A stretch of DNA of 64,000 nucleotides, from the NCBI GenBank assembly GCA_010909165.1, contig MU008161.1, positions 992,001-1,056,000 of the forward strand. Direction: 5' to 3'. Both the position numbers and the translations under genes were made by a program. Below, in pieces: positions 38,362 to 50,305 of the stretch; the first letter of the stretch is position 1, and every line of letters starts with the position of its first letter. The notes under the pieces are model-generated. The model saw only the letters and a program-made list of their open reading frames with translations. It made no database searches and had not been told where the DNA came from. This stretch comes from Anthoceros angustus (taxonomy: Eukaryota > Plantae > Anthocerotophyta).

Positions 38362-40898
38362 CTAATATACTACATATTTATTTGTGCATGCATCAGCCTG
38401 CACCTGCCATGTATTTAGAGTAGGCGCCGTGCTAGCTTCTATCTTGATCTTGGAAACTAGCTGTCTCAGCATGGAGTATATTCCGTCACTGTCACAATGC
38501 TCTGTATCCTCAACCACAAAACTATGCACCAATCCATCCATGTCGGTCCACCAGCTCTGGCCTGGCTGCTTCCATGCCCCACTTCTCATTCTCCTTGCCC
38601 GCATCTCCTGTGCCTTCTCCCACATCTGGGCACTGGTATAGATGTTCGACATCAACACATATATTGCAGCATCTTGTTTGTCTAGCTTCAATGCTTCATC
38701 AAAAGCATGGCGGCCGACCTCCACATTGCTCCACTTCTGACAAGCACCCAGTAGGGCACGCCAAACTGCAACATCAGGGGGCACACGCATTGACTTTGCC
38801 ATTGCGAGTGCCTCATCAAGTTCGCCTGCACGGCCGAGGAGATCCACCATGCATGAGTAGTGCTCCACTGTGGGATTGATGCCATAGTGTCTGGTCATAG
38901 CTTCGAAGTACTCCTGCCCCTTGTTGACTAGACCAGCATGACTACATACTGTTAATACACTAAGGAACGTGATGCCATCTGGCTGTATGCCATCCCCTCT
39001 CATTCTATAAACCAAGTCAAAGACTACTTCAGTGTCCCCTTGATAGGTGTATCCTGCAATCAATGCATTCCAGGCGACGGTGTCCCTTGCAGGCAGTGCA
39101 TGAAAGACCTTATGTGCATCAAACATGCTGCCAGACTTTGCATACATGTTGATTAAACTGACGGCCAAAGACACGTCAGCTTGAAGCCCCTGTTCTTCGA
39201 TCTCCAAATGCAGCTGCTTTCCTGGAAGTAAAGCTGCTACATTTGAACATGCCTGAAGCAGGCACAGAAATGTGACAAGATCGGGTGGAACGACACCTTC
39301 TTTTCGCATAGCACTGTATATACGAAGAGCTTCATGACCCATCCCTTGCTGGGAATATCCTGCTATCAGAGCAGTCCATGTTACCACATCCTTGCATCCA
39401 AGTCCATCAAACACACGCTGCGCATCCTCTAGGCTGCCACACTTTGCATACATGTTTATTAAATTGTTGCCTACTGTCGCATCAGCTTGAAGGCCTTGCT
39501 CTTCAATCTCCGCATGCAGTTCCTTCCCCATCTCTATAGCACTGACCCCCACACTTGCACATGCCTGCAAGAGGCACACAAATGTCACTGAGGTTGCTGC
39601 TACTGATCTGTCCCGCTGCATTGCACTATAAAGAAGAAGAGCTTCATGACCCCTGCCCTGCTGCACATATCCTGCGATCATGGTGTTCCACGTTACCACA
39701 TCTTTCTGACGAAGTCCATCAAACACACTCCAAGCATCCTCCAGGCTGCCACACTTTGCATACATGTTTATCAAGTTGTTACCAACAGTCAAATCCTGTT
39801 CAAGTCCTCGCTCTTTGATCTGTGCATGAAGCTGTTTTCCGTTCTCTCTGGCCATCACTCCCACACTCGCACATGCCTGCAGGATGCACACAAATGTTAC
39901 CGAATTAGGTGCAGGAAAGCCTTGTTCCTGCATAGCATTGAAGAGTCCAAGGGCTTCCTGACCCTTACCCTGCTGAGAACATCCTGAAATCATAGCATTC
40001 CACGTTACCACGTCCTTCTGGCGGAGCCCATGAAATACTCTTTCGGCATCCTCCATGCTGCCACACTTTGCATACATGTCCACCAAGCAGTTAGACACGA
40101 ACAAGTCACCCTCGACCCCACTGGCCAACACATCAGCATGCACCTGCTGCCCACTGCTCAAGTCCGCTGCTCTTGCACAAGCCTGTAGGGATGCTACAAA
40201 CACATGGCCATCTGGCTTCACGCTTGACTTGCGCATCTGATGGTACAGCTGCACGGCCTGCTCAGCTTCTCCTTGCCTCACATGCGCTGTAATTATGGAA
40301 GACCACGTGAACGCATCTGGCTTGTCAATCACGGTGAACACATCCATCGCTTCTTGCAACCGGGCATGAGAAGCATACATCCGCAGAATGTGGTTGCAAA
40401 AAAACGTGTCCGACCCAAAACCCCTCTTCACGGCAAGAACATGTATGCGGCGACACAGAGCCAAATCCTTCTTCCTCACGCATGCTCCCAACACAGCACA
40501 CAAGAGTGATTGAGAAATCCGACATCCTGTCCGCACAAGAACTCCCAGAGCCTCAACAGCCTCCACGAGCCGCCCCTGCTGACAAAGCTTGCCCACGGTT
40601 TCAGCAGTCACCCACCTTTCCAATCTTGCAGGCATCCGAGGGTCAGAATCATGCGGCAGACTACAGTCGGCCTCCCCCATCTTCATGTCCAGAGGAACTA
40701 GCTCAGCATCCACCCACGTTGGTTTGTACCAGCTGTCTGGTGAACAGGAGCAATTCTTATGCTGTGGGTTACCCCACCAGAGTGCATGGCGCCCCAACAG
40801 CTCCTGGTCCAGAAGACATTCTCTCCCGGTCCACAAGAGCTGCCGGCAAAAGAAGCCTTGCTTCCCCCCCTTGAAACGAAGCACAAGGCTCTAGTCAT
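38362..40898 (-). CDS. PLS-class PPR RNA-editing specificity factor, E+ with a truncated WW-type DYW domain, intronless
   Basis: Repeating L-S-P triplets, then P2-L2-S2-E1-E2 and KQPGQSWWTDMDGLVHSFVVEDTEH, ending before the HxE/CxxC deaminase motifs. The likely ATG at 40898 is out of frame by 1 nt at a G7 run. Confidence 0.95.
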
Positions 40899-41820
40899 GA
40901 TTGGCACAGAAATACGGTAGACCCACGGAGTCAAGCCTGGAACCCAAACCCCGCTCCAATCTCCACATACAAAACCTAGATCAACTAGATCTAGGTAGTG
41001 CACACACAGACAGTTTGCTCGACTGCCCACTCCTTCAATTCATCACCGTGTCCCAAACATACGCATCCTTCCCGAACTTGGGGAAGTCAACTCTTATGCG
41101 GGAAAAACAACTCTTTTGTGACATTAACTGGTCTGGGAAAACAACTATTTGGTGACACCAACAGGTCTGGATTTTATCCCGTTCATACTGTGAAGCTTGG
41201 ACCGGAAGCATTCATGATGCAGTGTCTGAACGTTAATCAAGCATACCATAGAGATAGTGGGCTAAAGAGATATCAAATCTTTGGAAGGCTCTTATTCAAT
41301 GTTACAAAACCCGCGCTCCCACATTCAACTCAATATTTGAGTTGAATCCGAGCACCATGCATGTCTCTCTCGCTAAGCAACTGGTCATCGCCTTTTTCGA
41401 GGTCCGAGGTACATTCCATGCCGGCATACCATAGCATTCTGTGAACGTTTCATAAGTTTGATAATTATATTTTATTAAAAATAATACTTATTTATTATTA
41501 TTTAATGCTTAATAATCAATAGAAATATATTCCATCAATCTGTTCCAACCGTAATATGTCCAGATGAGGCCCACATACTCTCTAGAATAAACAATGAGAA
41601 CTATCTAGATGACCACTATGGGTTGTTCAACAACACATCTAATCAATATTTCCTGATTATATTTTTAAAACTATTACATAGATGATGACAAATTATTTAT
41701 TGAAATATGATTTCATAATATATAATAAATTCTCAAGAAAGGATAAAGGCTTGTAGCTTGAGAGGATGTAATTTCAATAGAGGTAATAATATTTTTAATC
41801 TAAAGCTTGTAAGTTTTCCT

Positions 41821-42357
41821 ATGGCATCAATGAGTACCAGATTACTATTGTTAATATTATCATTTTACACTAGTAATGCAACCTTTTCAGAGAAACAATC
41901 TTTGAAAGAAAGATCATTTTTTTTTCCACAAAGTGCAACAAATAAGGGAATATATATGCTACGAGAAGGAGAGTCTCTTGATGGATCGAGTGCCATAAGT
42001 AGTGTGAATGAATTATACAACTTTGCATTCACTGAGGGATGTCAATTTGCTATATACCAAAATTGGATACCAATTTGGCGAACGGAGTTTAGCAGTAGCT
42101 TTGCTTGCGGTAAACTAACATTAGAAAAAGATGGAGAGCTCATCCTTTATAGTTTTGGGGGTGTAAAAGTTTGGAGTAGTGGAGCAGTTCCACCCCCTTA
42201 TTCATCTTCTTATGTCAAGTTCCAATATGTTTTACAAGTCATAAATGACGGCACAGCACAAATTTTGCAAAGTACCATACTTGATAGCCGAGTGCATCAA
42301 GTGGATTATATTAGAACAGTGTGGTCTAGTGCAAATCTATGTTGTGTTACTTCATGA
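41821..42357 (+). CDS. Small secreted bulb-type (GNA/B-lectin) domain protein
   Basis: Signal peptide RLLLLILSFYTSNA, then LREGESL...YNFAFTEGCQFAIY...IWRT...LTLEKDGELILY...VWSSG...YVLQVINDG, the three-subdomain B-lectin pattern. Confidence 0.8.
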   Translation: MASMSTRLLLLILSFYTSNATFSEKQSLKERSFFFPQSATNKGIYMLREGESLDGSSAISSVNELYNFAFTEGCQFAIYQNWIPIWRTEFSSSFACGKLTLEKDGELILYSFGGVKVWSSGAVPPPYSSSYVKFQYVLQVINDGTAQILQSTILDSRVHQVDYIRTVWSSANLCCVTS

Positions 42358-42707
42358 CTTTATACACTTTTTATTTACTTGAGTACGTGATGTGGAAGAT
42401 ATGAAATAAAATTTTGCAGAGTACCATACCTGATAGCCAAGTGCACCAAGTGGATTATATTGGAATAGTGTAGTCTGGTGCAAATTTATGTTGTGTTACT
42501 TCATGACTTTATACACTCTTTATTTACGTGAGTACTTGATGTGGAAGATATGAAATAGAATTTTGCAGAATACCATACGTGATAACTAAGTGCACCAAGT
42601 GGATTACATTAGAACAGTATGGTCTAGTGCAAATTTATGTTGTGTTATTTCATGACTTTATACACTTTTTATTTACATGAGTACTTGATGTGGAAGATAT
42701 GAAATAG
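42259..42707. repeat. 149-bp tandem triplication overlapping the lectin 3' end
   Basis: AATTTTGCA recurs at about 42261, 42410 and 42559, with several substitutions between copies. Confidence 0.92.
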
Positions 42708-44026
42708 GGGTTTGTTTGTGGGTCAAGTGTCAGATGAACAAACTTAGAATCGCAAACCTGTAAAAAGAAAAATATTATAGCAAGGCTTCATTTTACATTT
42801 TCTGGAAATCTATGGAGGAAAGCGTGAAGTGATAAGGAGTAAGTCTAATATCATATTTCTTCTTCTTCATCTTCTTCTTAACTTGTCATCTACATGATAC
42901 TCAATATTACAAGACAAAGGCCACTAGTTTTACTATGTTCCTTTTCTTCCATGTCCTTAAAGCTCATAAAAAACTACAGAATTATTTTATTTTGAATAAC
43001 ATCTTATTCCTGTAATATATATAAGTAAACGATTCTCATACCTCATTACACTTAGAAAATATGTACAAGGATATGTAAAGATGATAAAACAAATAAATTT
43101 TAGATATTGATTGTCCCAGCCAATGAGCCAAGGTTTCACGATATTAAACTAGACCTACAACCTCCCTCATATATTAACTTAAATAATAAAATTATATAAA
43201 ATAAATTTTAGATATACATATTTTAAATATGTATATTAAACATTATATTTTAAACCCTAAACATGTAAAACATATTAAACACAAACAAAAAAACGGCTCG
43301 CTGTGCATCAGCATTAGCGCATTAAACGGTGCGGTCGAGCCGGGCGTGTTTGAGTTCCAGGAATATGTACTTCCCTCGTCCACTTCCGGATCCCGGTGAC
43401 ACACGAGAGGTGGTGAGAGGTACCGGTGACGCCAGGGAACCTGGTTCCGAAGACTGCGATTTCAGCGAAGAAGAAAAACGCGTGATAAATGTCGTGGCGC
43501 CTGTGATTGTGGTCTCCGAACGTGTGGTTCGGGAACTGCATAGCAACGTGATGGATGGCATATGGCGACGGGACAAGAGCAGGCGCAGGCGCAGGCGCCG
43601 ACATCGATAACGGGCCTGTTGGTATCTCTACCGACGCGTCACGAAAGTGGGTGTTGCTGTGGAGGAGCTTCGGGCATCCCTGTGGAGAAGCTTCGGGCAT
43701 CCCTGTGGAGAAAAATCCCCTCCCCCTATACGACGCAATTCGTTGTGTCGACAGGGCTCAGAAACAGATTTAAATCGTACGATTCTGTGTCCAGAGCATG
43801 TAGTAGGGCACCTGTCAGGATTCATTCTTGGCGCGCTACATCAGCTCGCCAAGAATGCCCGTTCCCTGGCCTAGCCGACCCGATTACAAGACACTGAAAT
43901 GAATATTGTATACGTTAGCAGGTGGGTGATAGATGGATATATCTATCCCTGCAGTGGTTACAGTGATGAATTCGTTCCACAATCTTGAGGCTAGCTAGCT
44001 AGGTACTCGGGTCGGGCAATGCAAGT

Positions 44027-45170
44027 TCAAATGTTTTTGTTATGCTTGGACGGACGAGGAGGAGGAGCGGGAAGCACAAAGGCGAAGCCATCGGAATTGG
44101 ACCAGTGGCAGGCTTCGCTGTCCCCGGGCTCGTTACCGAGCACCTGGAAAGCCACATGGCTCGGGCTCCACTCGCTGGTATCCATGTGGCAGAGCACCAC
44201 ATTGGTGAGCGTCACGTCCGGCTTGGCAGTGGATTTCAGCGTCACGGAGTACACCCTGGTGGCAGGGATGCTGTGGCAGAAGGCCACCTGGAATGGGAAC
44301 ATCAAAGAATGGCACGACGTGTACATGCTCTTCTCGTCCGCCTTCAGCTCCGCCTTCTCTACCTCGAACGCGCCTCCCATCACCTCAGCGTCGTCCGACG
44401 AGAAGAAGGTGGTGCCCAGAGCCTGGATCGATGTCTCGGCTCCGTCCCGAAACCCGCCCGCGGGAGCAAGAGACCTGGCCACGTGCTCCGCCATCTCCTC
44501 CAAGGACGTGACGCAGGCCCCGGCCCGCGAGTGCATCCCCCCCAGGCCGCCGTTGCCGCCGTTGCTGCCGCCGCCGGAGAGGCAGAAGGCGCTGGTCTGG
44601 CGTATGGCGTCTCCCATCACGGAGCGGGCCGGGATGTGGAGGTCCTGGAAGGCGTCGCGCGGAGCCAGGGACTCGGCCAGGGCGCGGGGAGGAAGGTGCG
44701 ACGCGTCGCTCGTTGCAGCTGGTCGGAGAAGGCGGATGCCGGGACCTGGTACAGGGTCCCGTCCGCGCCCTGCCCGGTTGTAAGATGCTTCTCCAGGAAC
44801 CAGGTGGATCGGGCGAGTTCGTCCACCGCCGCCGGTGGCACCTCCCGGTCGCCGCCGTAGTTGTACTGGTTCTTGGACGGCAGGCTCGCCAGCTTCGCGG
44901 AGCCGTCGGCTGTGAGGTCGTCCAGGCCGCGGCAGAGGATGTTGGCGGCGGAGCAGAAGGCGGCGGCGGCGGCGGGGTCGGCCGTCATGCTGCCGCGCTC
45001 CATGGAGGTCTTGTAGGAAAGGACTTGCGCGGTGGAGAGCGGGGACACCAGGTCCTGCATGGAAAGTGGCATGGTCGCTCCCGGCAGAGTCCTGCTCCAC
45101 GATTGCATCACCTCGGGGTTTGTGTTGGAGCGCGTCGCCGTGTCGAGAGGATGTTCCCTGGCTGCATGCG
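44027..45170 (-). CDS. BURP-domain protein (polygalacturonase beta-subunit-like) with one apparent frameshift
   Basis: N-terminal part W...LP...SPL...FCSAANILC...WFLEKHL (frame of ORF 44617-45210) and BURP CH motifs SCHS, FCHS, LCHMDTSEW, ACHW (frame of ORF 44027-45256). One extra C at 44686-44689 joins them. The signal-peptide exon was not resolved. Confidence 0.85.
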
Positions 45171-46279
45171 AGTGACTCGTCTGATCTCGAACGGAGGCGA
45201 AGGAACACAAATTTGTGTGAATCAGTACAGGCTGTTGTTGTTGAAAGCACTCTCAAGATGAATTGAGAAGAAAGTTAGAGACAGCGTGCGCTCTCAGGCA
45301 TAGATTAGGGTTACCATTAGGAAGATGGCAAGGAGCATCGAGGCCAGCAGTGTCGCCATGGTGGCCAGAAATGCAAGACCTGCACAGCCAGATCTGGAAG
45401 CAGATGAGAACCATCAAACAATTGGCATCAGCATGGTGGATGGACAGTCCTGAACAGGAACGAGAGCAGTTCATGGATAAGCTTACAGCGCTCGGCCGCC
45501 GCGGGATGTAGAGCCTGCCTTCCCGGTATTCCTCTGGAGCCTGTGGATGTGTTTCAAGCAAGCTGGTGACACTGTGCCAAGCTCAGCTTCTTATACAGCT
45601 AGCTCTCGTACGTGTTCATCCATATCCAAGTCATACAACCATCGTGTGGCAGACTGGCAGCATGCATTTGGCACAGCTACTGGCCGGATCCTAGGCCTAG
45701 CCCCGTGACCGATTTGTACAATGAACCATGCCAAGAACGCACTGTTTGCACACGCACCCCCAGGGTTGGTTTGCAATGCTTATGTACCACGTTTTGATGG
45801 TAATCTGTAAGAGGCACCTGTAGAGCCAGAGCCCCCGTGCAGGCCGGGCAGTACACACGGGTCTGGTGCTCGGGAAACTGGACGAGAAGTTGTTGCAAGT
45901 GATGCACCCAATCCACATTGTTGCTTCACATGAGGGTTTCAACCCAGATGACGGGTACGGGCCTAGGGCAACATCCTATCCATATCCTGCAACATCTCAT
46001 GGCACTTTCCTGACCCGTGCCCAGCCGGCCATCCTCTGCTTCAAAGTTCCAACTGCTGGCTGCTCTAAGTGCACATGACCATCAAGACCCTTCAAGGCTT
46101 CTTTGTACATTGTCGAAGAACCAAGTTGGTTCTTAGACACCTTCTTTGTACATAGCACTTTGTACATAGCACTCGAAAGAAGAAGGATTTCCTGGCTCAG
46201 CCCTTGGGCTTTTACTTGGAATGGCCTACAACTAGGAACAATTTACATACGCCATCCAAACATCCTTCATGGAAAGGTC

Positions 46280-47840
46280 CCACACTTACAACCCTGGGTA
46301 AGATCTTAAAGTGCAGGGTTTGGTCTTCGGAGGGTGTTTCGCCTTCTCTTCAGTATCGGGAGGAGATCTTGCTTCTCCGCAGTGGCTTCGTGTTCTTGGC
46401 GTTTTGGTGGGCCTTGGCTTTCAACTTTCGCTCAAGAATTTGTGGGTGCGGCTTTGACGGAGGATTTGGCGCATATTGATGACCTTTCTTACCTGGGCAC
46501 TCGTAAGTGGCATTTGAGATCCGCTCTTTCTGCTTCGCCTGGGTATTTCCGTACGATACCTCCCTCTCCGGCTTTCTTGTCCCGCCTTGGAGCTTTCTCA
46601 AAAAGATTATGCAAGCTTTAGGTGATATCATCAGCCCGGGCACCTTCGAGAGTGTCGCCCAGGATTAGCCGAAGCGGCAGGCTTTCCTTCCTGTCGCTTT
46701 TGGGGGCACTGGTGAGTTGGCCATCGAGGTCTCTGCGCCGGCGGTCTTCTTAGGGAACTGGGCCCTCTCTACCCCCATCATGGCCTCCCGATTCTTAATT
46801 CGGGACTCCCACATCTTGGAGGCGTGGAGGAGGCGGTTTTCCCACTACAGGCGTCCTTGAGGTTGGACAGGGAACTTTTATCCTCTGAGGCTAGGGTCGC
46901 CTTCCCACATTTCTCCTCGCTCCCCAAATTGAGCTGCGTGGGCTTCAAGCGTTGCTCTTGGAGAAGCACTACAGCAAGCGCAGTTGGCCCTTCATCGGGA
47001 TTCCTTTATTCCCAAGGCTGATCGGGTTTGACTTTGCTCTTACTCAGGGAAAGGAGCAAGTTCCAGGTTTCTGGCCCGACCCAGTATCTAGGCGTTCCTA
47101 TCGCATCAGCAACTTTTTCCACCGCGATGTGCTTTCGCCGAGGCTTGGTCCAACCTCAGGCCTACTCTCACTCTGCTTGCAGCTGTGAAGCGGCCCACCT
47201 CAATGATTTGGGGACCCACCTGGCCTGCTCTCCTGCTAGTGGACAGCGCATTGCTATGCATGACGCCGTCCAGGACGTCATGTTCTCTATGGCCAAGGAG
47301 AGCGGGTAATTTCCTTATAAGGAGCACCCATATACCTTGCTCAATTGCGTTTCTCTCAGGGCTCACCTTTTTCAGTCCTGGGGAGACCAGGTTTTTGTTG
47401 CTGATGTGGTTGTAACAGACCCCACCCGGGACTCTGTCTGTGAGCATGTCATCCTTAACCCTCCAGGTTGGGCGGCGGAGGCCTGTGTGATGGCCAAGGT
47501 CCACAAGTACTCTTCTATGCCCCACCTTTATCCTCCTTGCCATCGAGACCCATGGCATGGGCAAGGATTTCTCGAGGTTTGTCAAGGCCTGTGCCAAGGC
47601 GTACCACAATCGCAGGAATGGGGTTGGTCTTCCCCTTTAAATTTTTTGTATTGTGGCCTTCTTCTGGCAATGAGTGTTCACCGCCTTTTCTTATCCCCGA
47701 CCACGTAATTCTCCATGCAGTAGGTAATTTTGAGGTGAGTGGTCATGCGGGTTAGTCCCCCTTGGCACGGTGCCCTTGGTTGGGTTGTTCCCCTTTCCTT
47801 GTGGGGTAGATGGGTTTTTCCATCTCTTTTCTTACACAAT
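46280..47840 (+). mobile_element. Decayed CRE-like non-LTR retrotransposon (RT C-terminus, zinc knuckle, RLE)
   Basis: AHIDDLSYLG (RT YxDD-like), QAFLPVAFGGTG, CSC...LGTHLACS...RIAMHDAVQD, ADVVVTDPTR...PPGWAAE...AKVHKY. Many stops and frameshifts. Confidence 0.75.
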
Positions 47841-48096
47841 GTCTCCAAATTCGCAACCCTTGGCACTTGAAGCAGACAGCTAGGCTTGCTAACTAGAACG
47901 GCTACACATTCATACCCGAAGAAAATTAATTCGATTCGCGTGCATTCCTGGGAGGTGGCTCTCATTCATACATCTTCTTGATTATAGAACAATGCGGAAG
48001 GAATAGCGCTAGCATAGACATATTTTTTCTCTCCAATTGTATGTTCTAAGTCATCCCTAGGAAGGGCGCACAGGACTCCCTCTTCGAGTATATCAG

Positions 48097-48180
48097 CGTG
48101 AGACGTTATGAATAAGCGAGTTCATTAGCGCGATACGTTATGAATAAGTGAGTTCATTGGCGCGAGACGTTATCAATAAA
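48097..48180. repeat. 32-bp tandem repeat, about 2.7 copies
   Basis: Unit approximates GCGCGAGACGTTATGAATAAGCGAGTTCATTA. Confidence 0.8.
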
Positions 48181-48514
48181 ATTGAACTTGAACCTACTGA
48201 TACGTAGCAAGGATGACACTACCGAATTAGGTTAGAAATCCCTTAAGCGGAGGGCAGCGTTGGTTACATGCGCGGCGAGTTCTTTTGCGCGATCTAGCAT
48301 GGCCCTGGCGCCAGTGACACCCCATCACGAGCCTAATCATCGCCTTGCTTCCTCTTTTTGTGCACGCCACACTAGCTCCAACGAGCTGTCTGTGTAGCTT
48401 ACTGCCACAAACATGAAGTCCGTTTGTTTTCTTTGTCACTCTTCACACACCATAGTTGAAACGTATTGTGGTACATTTTCTTGTACCACTTTATTGTAAT
48501 TGATCCCCCCACTA

Positions 48515-49058
48515 GAGGGGATCAAATCTCTGTTATGAATGTCGTCATAATGGACCCGAGTACTTGGACACCGTTTATGAGCATGTCATCATCAACCCTC
48601 CGGATTGGGCGGTGGAGGGATGCTCGACATCCAAAGTACACAAGTACATGCCAATGCAGGACGTCCATGCCTTCATCCCTCTCACCATCGAGACCCACAA
48701 GGCCATGAGCAAGGATTTCGGACGGCGCATAGAGGATTGTGCTAAAGTCTACTAGTTGACGAAACAGGGTGGGTCTCCCCCTTTCCTCCTTGGTGGCTTT
48801 CTTTCGATAGTGGATTTCATCGCCCGCAAAGGCGTTATGAATAGATAAAAATTATGAGGAGAATGAGCAGCGGGACGCGCATCGTGACATAGGTCGTAGG
48901 AAGGGTTTTTCTTATCTCTGACTATGACATACTTGGGGCAGTTGCCAGTTTCAGGACCGACATTCTGGGGGATAGCCCCCCTTAGCCCTTGGCCCTTTGG
49001 GTTATTCCCCATCGGCTCAGGGAAGATGGGTTTTCCCACCTCGTTCTTTTTATAAAGT
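48515..49058 (+). mobile_element. Third CRE-like RLE-domain/3'UTR remnant
   Basis: EHVIINPPDWAVE...SKVHKY...AFIPLTIETH. The 3' segment AGATGGGTTTT(T)CC is shared with 47808-47822. Confidence 0.7.
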
Positions 49059-49508
49059 CTTCACTTTCTCTGTATAGTAATATTAGTTTTGTCCTATGGT
49101 GGTTCTTTATCCTAAGTAGACATAAATATAGATATTATTTTTATTCTTTGAATTCTTAAGCACTAAAGATCTTGGATTCAATCTTATTTTTGACAGCCTG
49201 CACAAATCAAGATTCAATGTTGTGGAAATCATCAATTTTTTCCGTACTACCTTTTAGTGGATATAAACTAATGAAATTTATTATTATGAATAGATAAAAA
49301 TTATGAGGAGATAATCTCCTAGTTAAACGACACCACCAAGGTTTAGATGAGGTGTCAAACATTCTACTTTCAAACTTGACACATGTTCATTCTACCTTCC
49401 CCCAAATGAAAAACCTTACTATACAAGCTTGAGAAAGAAAACCATGACACAAGATTAAGGCTCATGTCTTGAAAGAGTGCATAGAAGCGTATCCTTTTAC
49501 TACAAAAA

Positions 49509-50305
49509 CTATACCACAATACACTTGTAAATTATCTCAATAGCTTGAGAAGGATTATCCTCTTTCAGATTTTGAAAACTCTCACAAAAGAGAAGTGGTT
49601 GGAGCTCAGGACTGTTGATGTTATATGGTCTATTCCCAATTATTTTCTTAATTATAATATCCGTAATCTCGGTCAGATCATGTTTAATTGCAAGCTGGAA
49701 TAAGGACACGATTTTTTCCAACTTCGTCTTTCCATATGGTGGGTTTGGTATGCTATTATGCAAGATATATTCCGCACAAGCAAACTGAAGAAATTCTATG
49801 TCATACTTGATGGCTGCTTCCAACAATGGTTCTGCATATTGCTCTAGAACATCCACATCAATATTAGCTTTATACATGAGGAGAATGAGAGCCCGAAGTA
49901 CGTCGTTGGATATATCTGGAATCTCAACCAAGCCGGACACGCTTTCTTTCATTACATGAGTCACCAACATAGCTTTGAACACTGGAGACTTGCTTGCCTG
50001 ATTAAAGGAGCATGTGGTTGAGAAACAAGTTCAATTATGGTAAAAAACTCGAACATAATCCAACAAATAAATCCTACACAAAATTATCTTACCAGAATGC
50101 AACGATGAGCCCCATGTAGGTCAAGGCTATCACTCGCCTTTAACCATACATCCTTAACAGATGTAATAAACTTGTCCTTATCCCAACCCTTGAACCATAC
50201 ATCCTTAGTTGAAGCAATAAACTTGTCCTCTTTTCGATATTTGAGAAACTTCAATCTCATCCTCCCATTATGCATTCTTCTCAAGTTTTTGGATTTTCTA
50301 TTCAA
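49509..50305 (-). CDS. BTB/POZ-domain protein (5' end unresolved)
   Basis: DVWLKASD...AHRCIL | ASKSPVFKAML...MKESVSGLVEIPDIS...LLEAAIKYDI..L...C, with a GT-AG intron at 50092-49998. Confidence 0.8.

Noticed and set aside
42259-42707. Tandem repeats here (and at 17021, 48097, 62257) as CRISPR-like arrays
   Set aside because: The units are contiguous with no unique spacers, there are no cas genes, and the context is eukaryotic.
43314-43700. Possible second BURP fragment or small gene
   Set aside because: No CH motifs or convincing alignment to the adjacent BURP gene.
44019-44860. Long + strand ORFs (254 and 272 aa)
   Set aside because: They are antisense shadows of the very GC-rich BURP exon.
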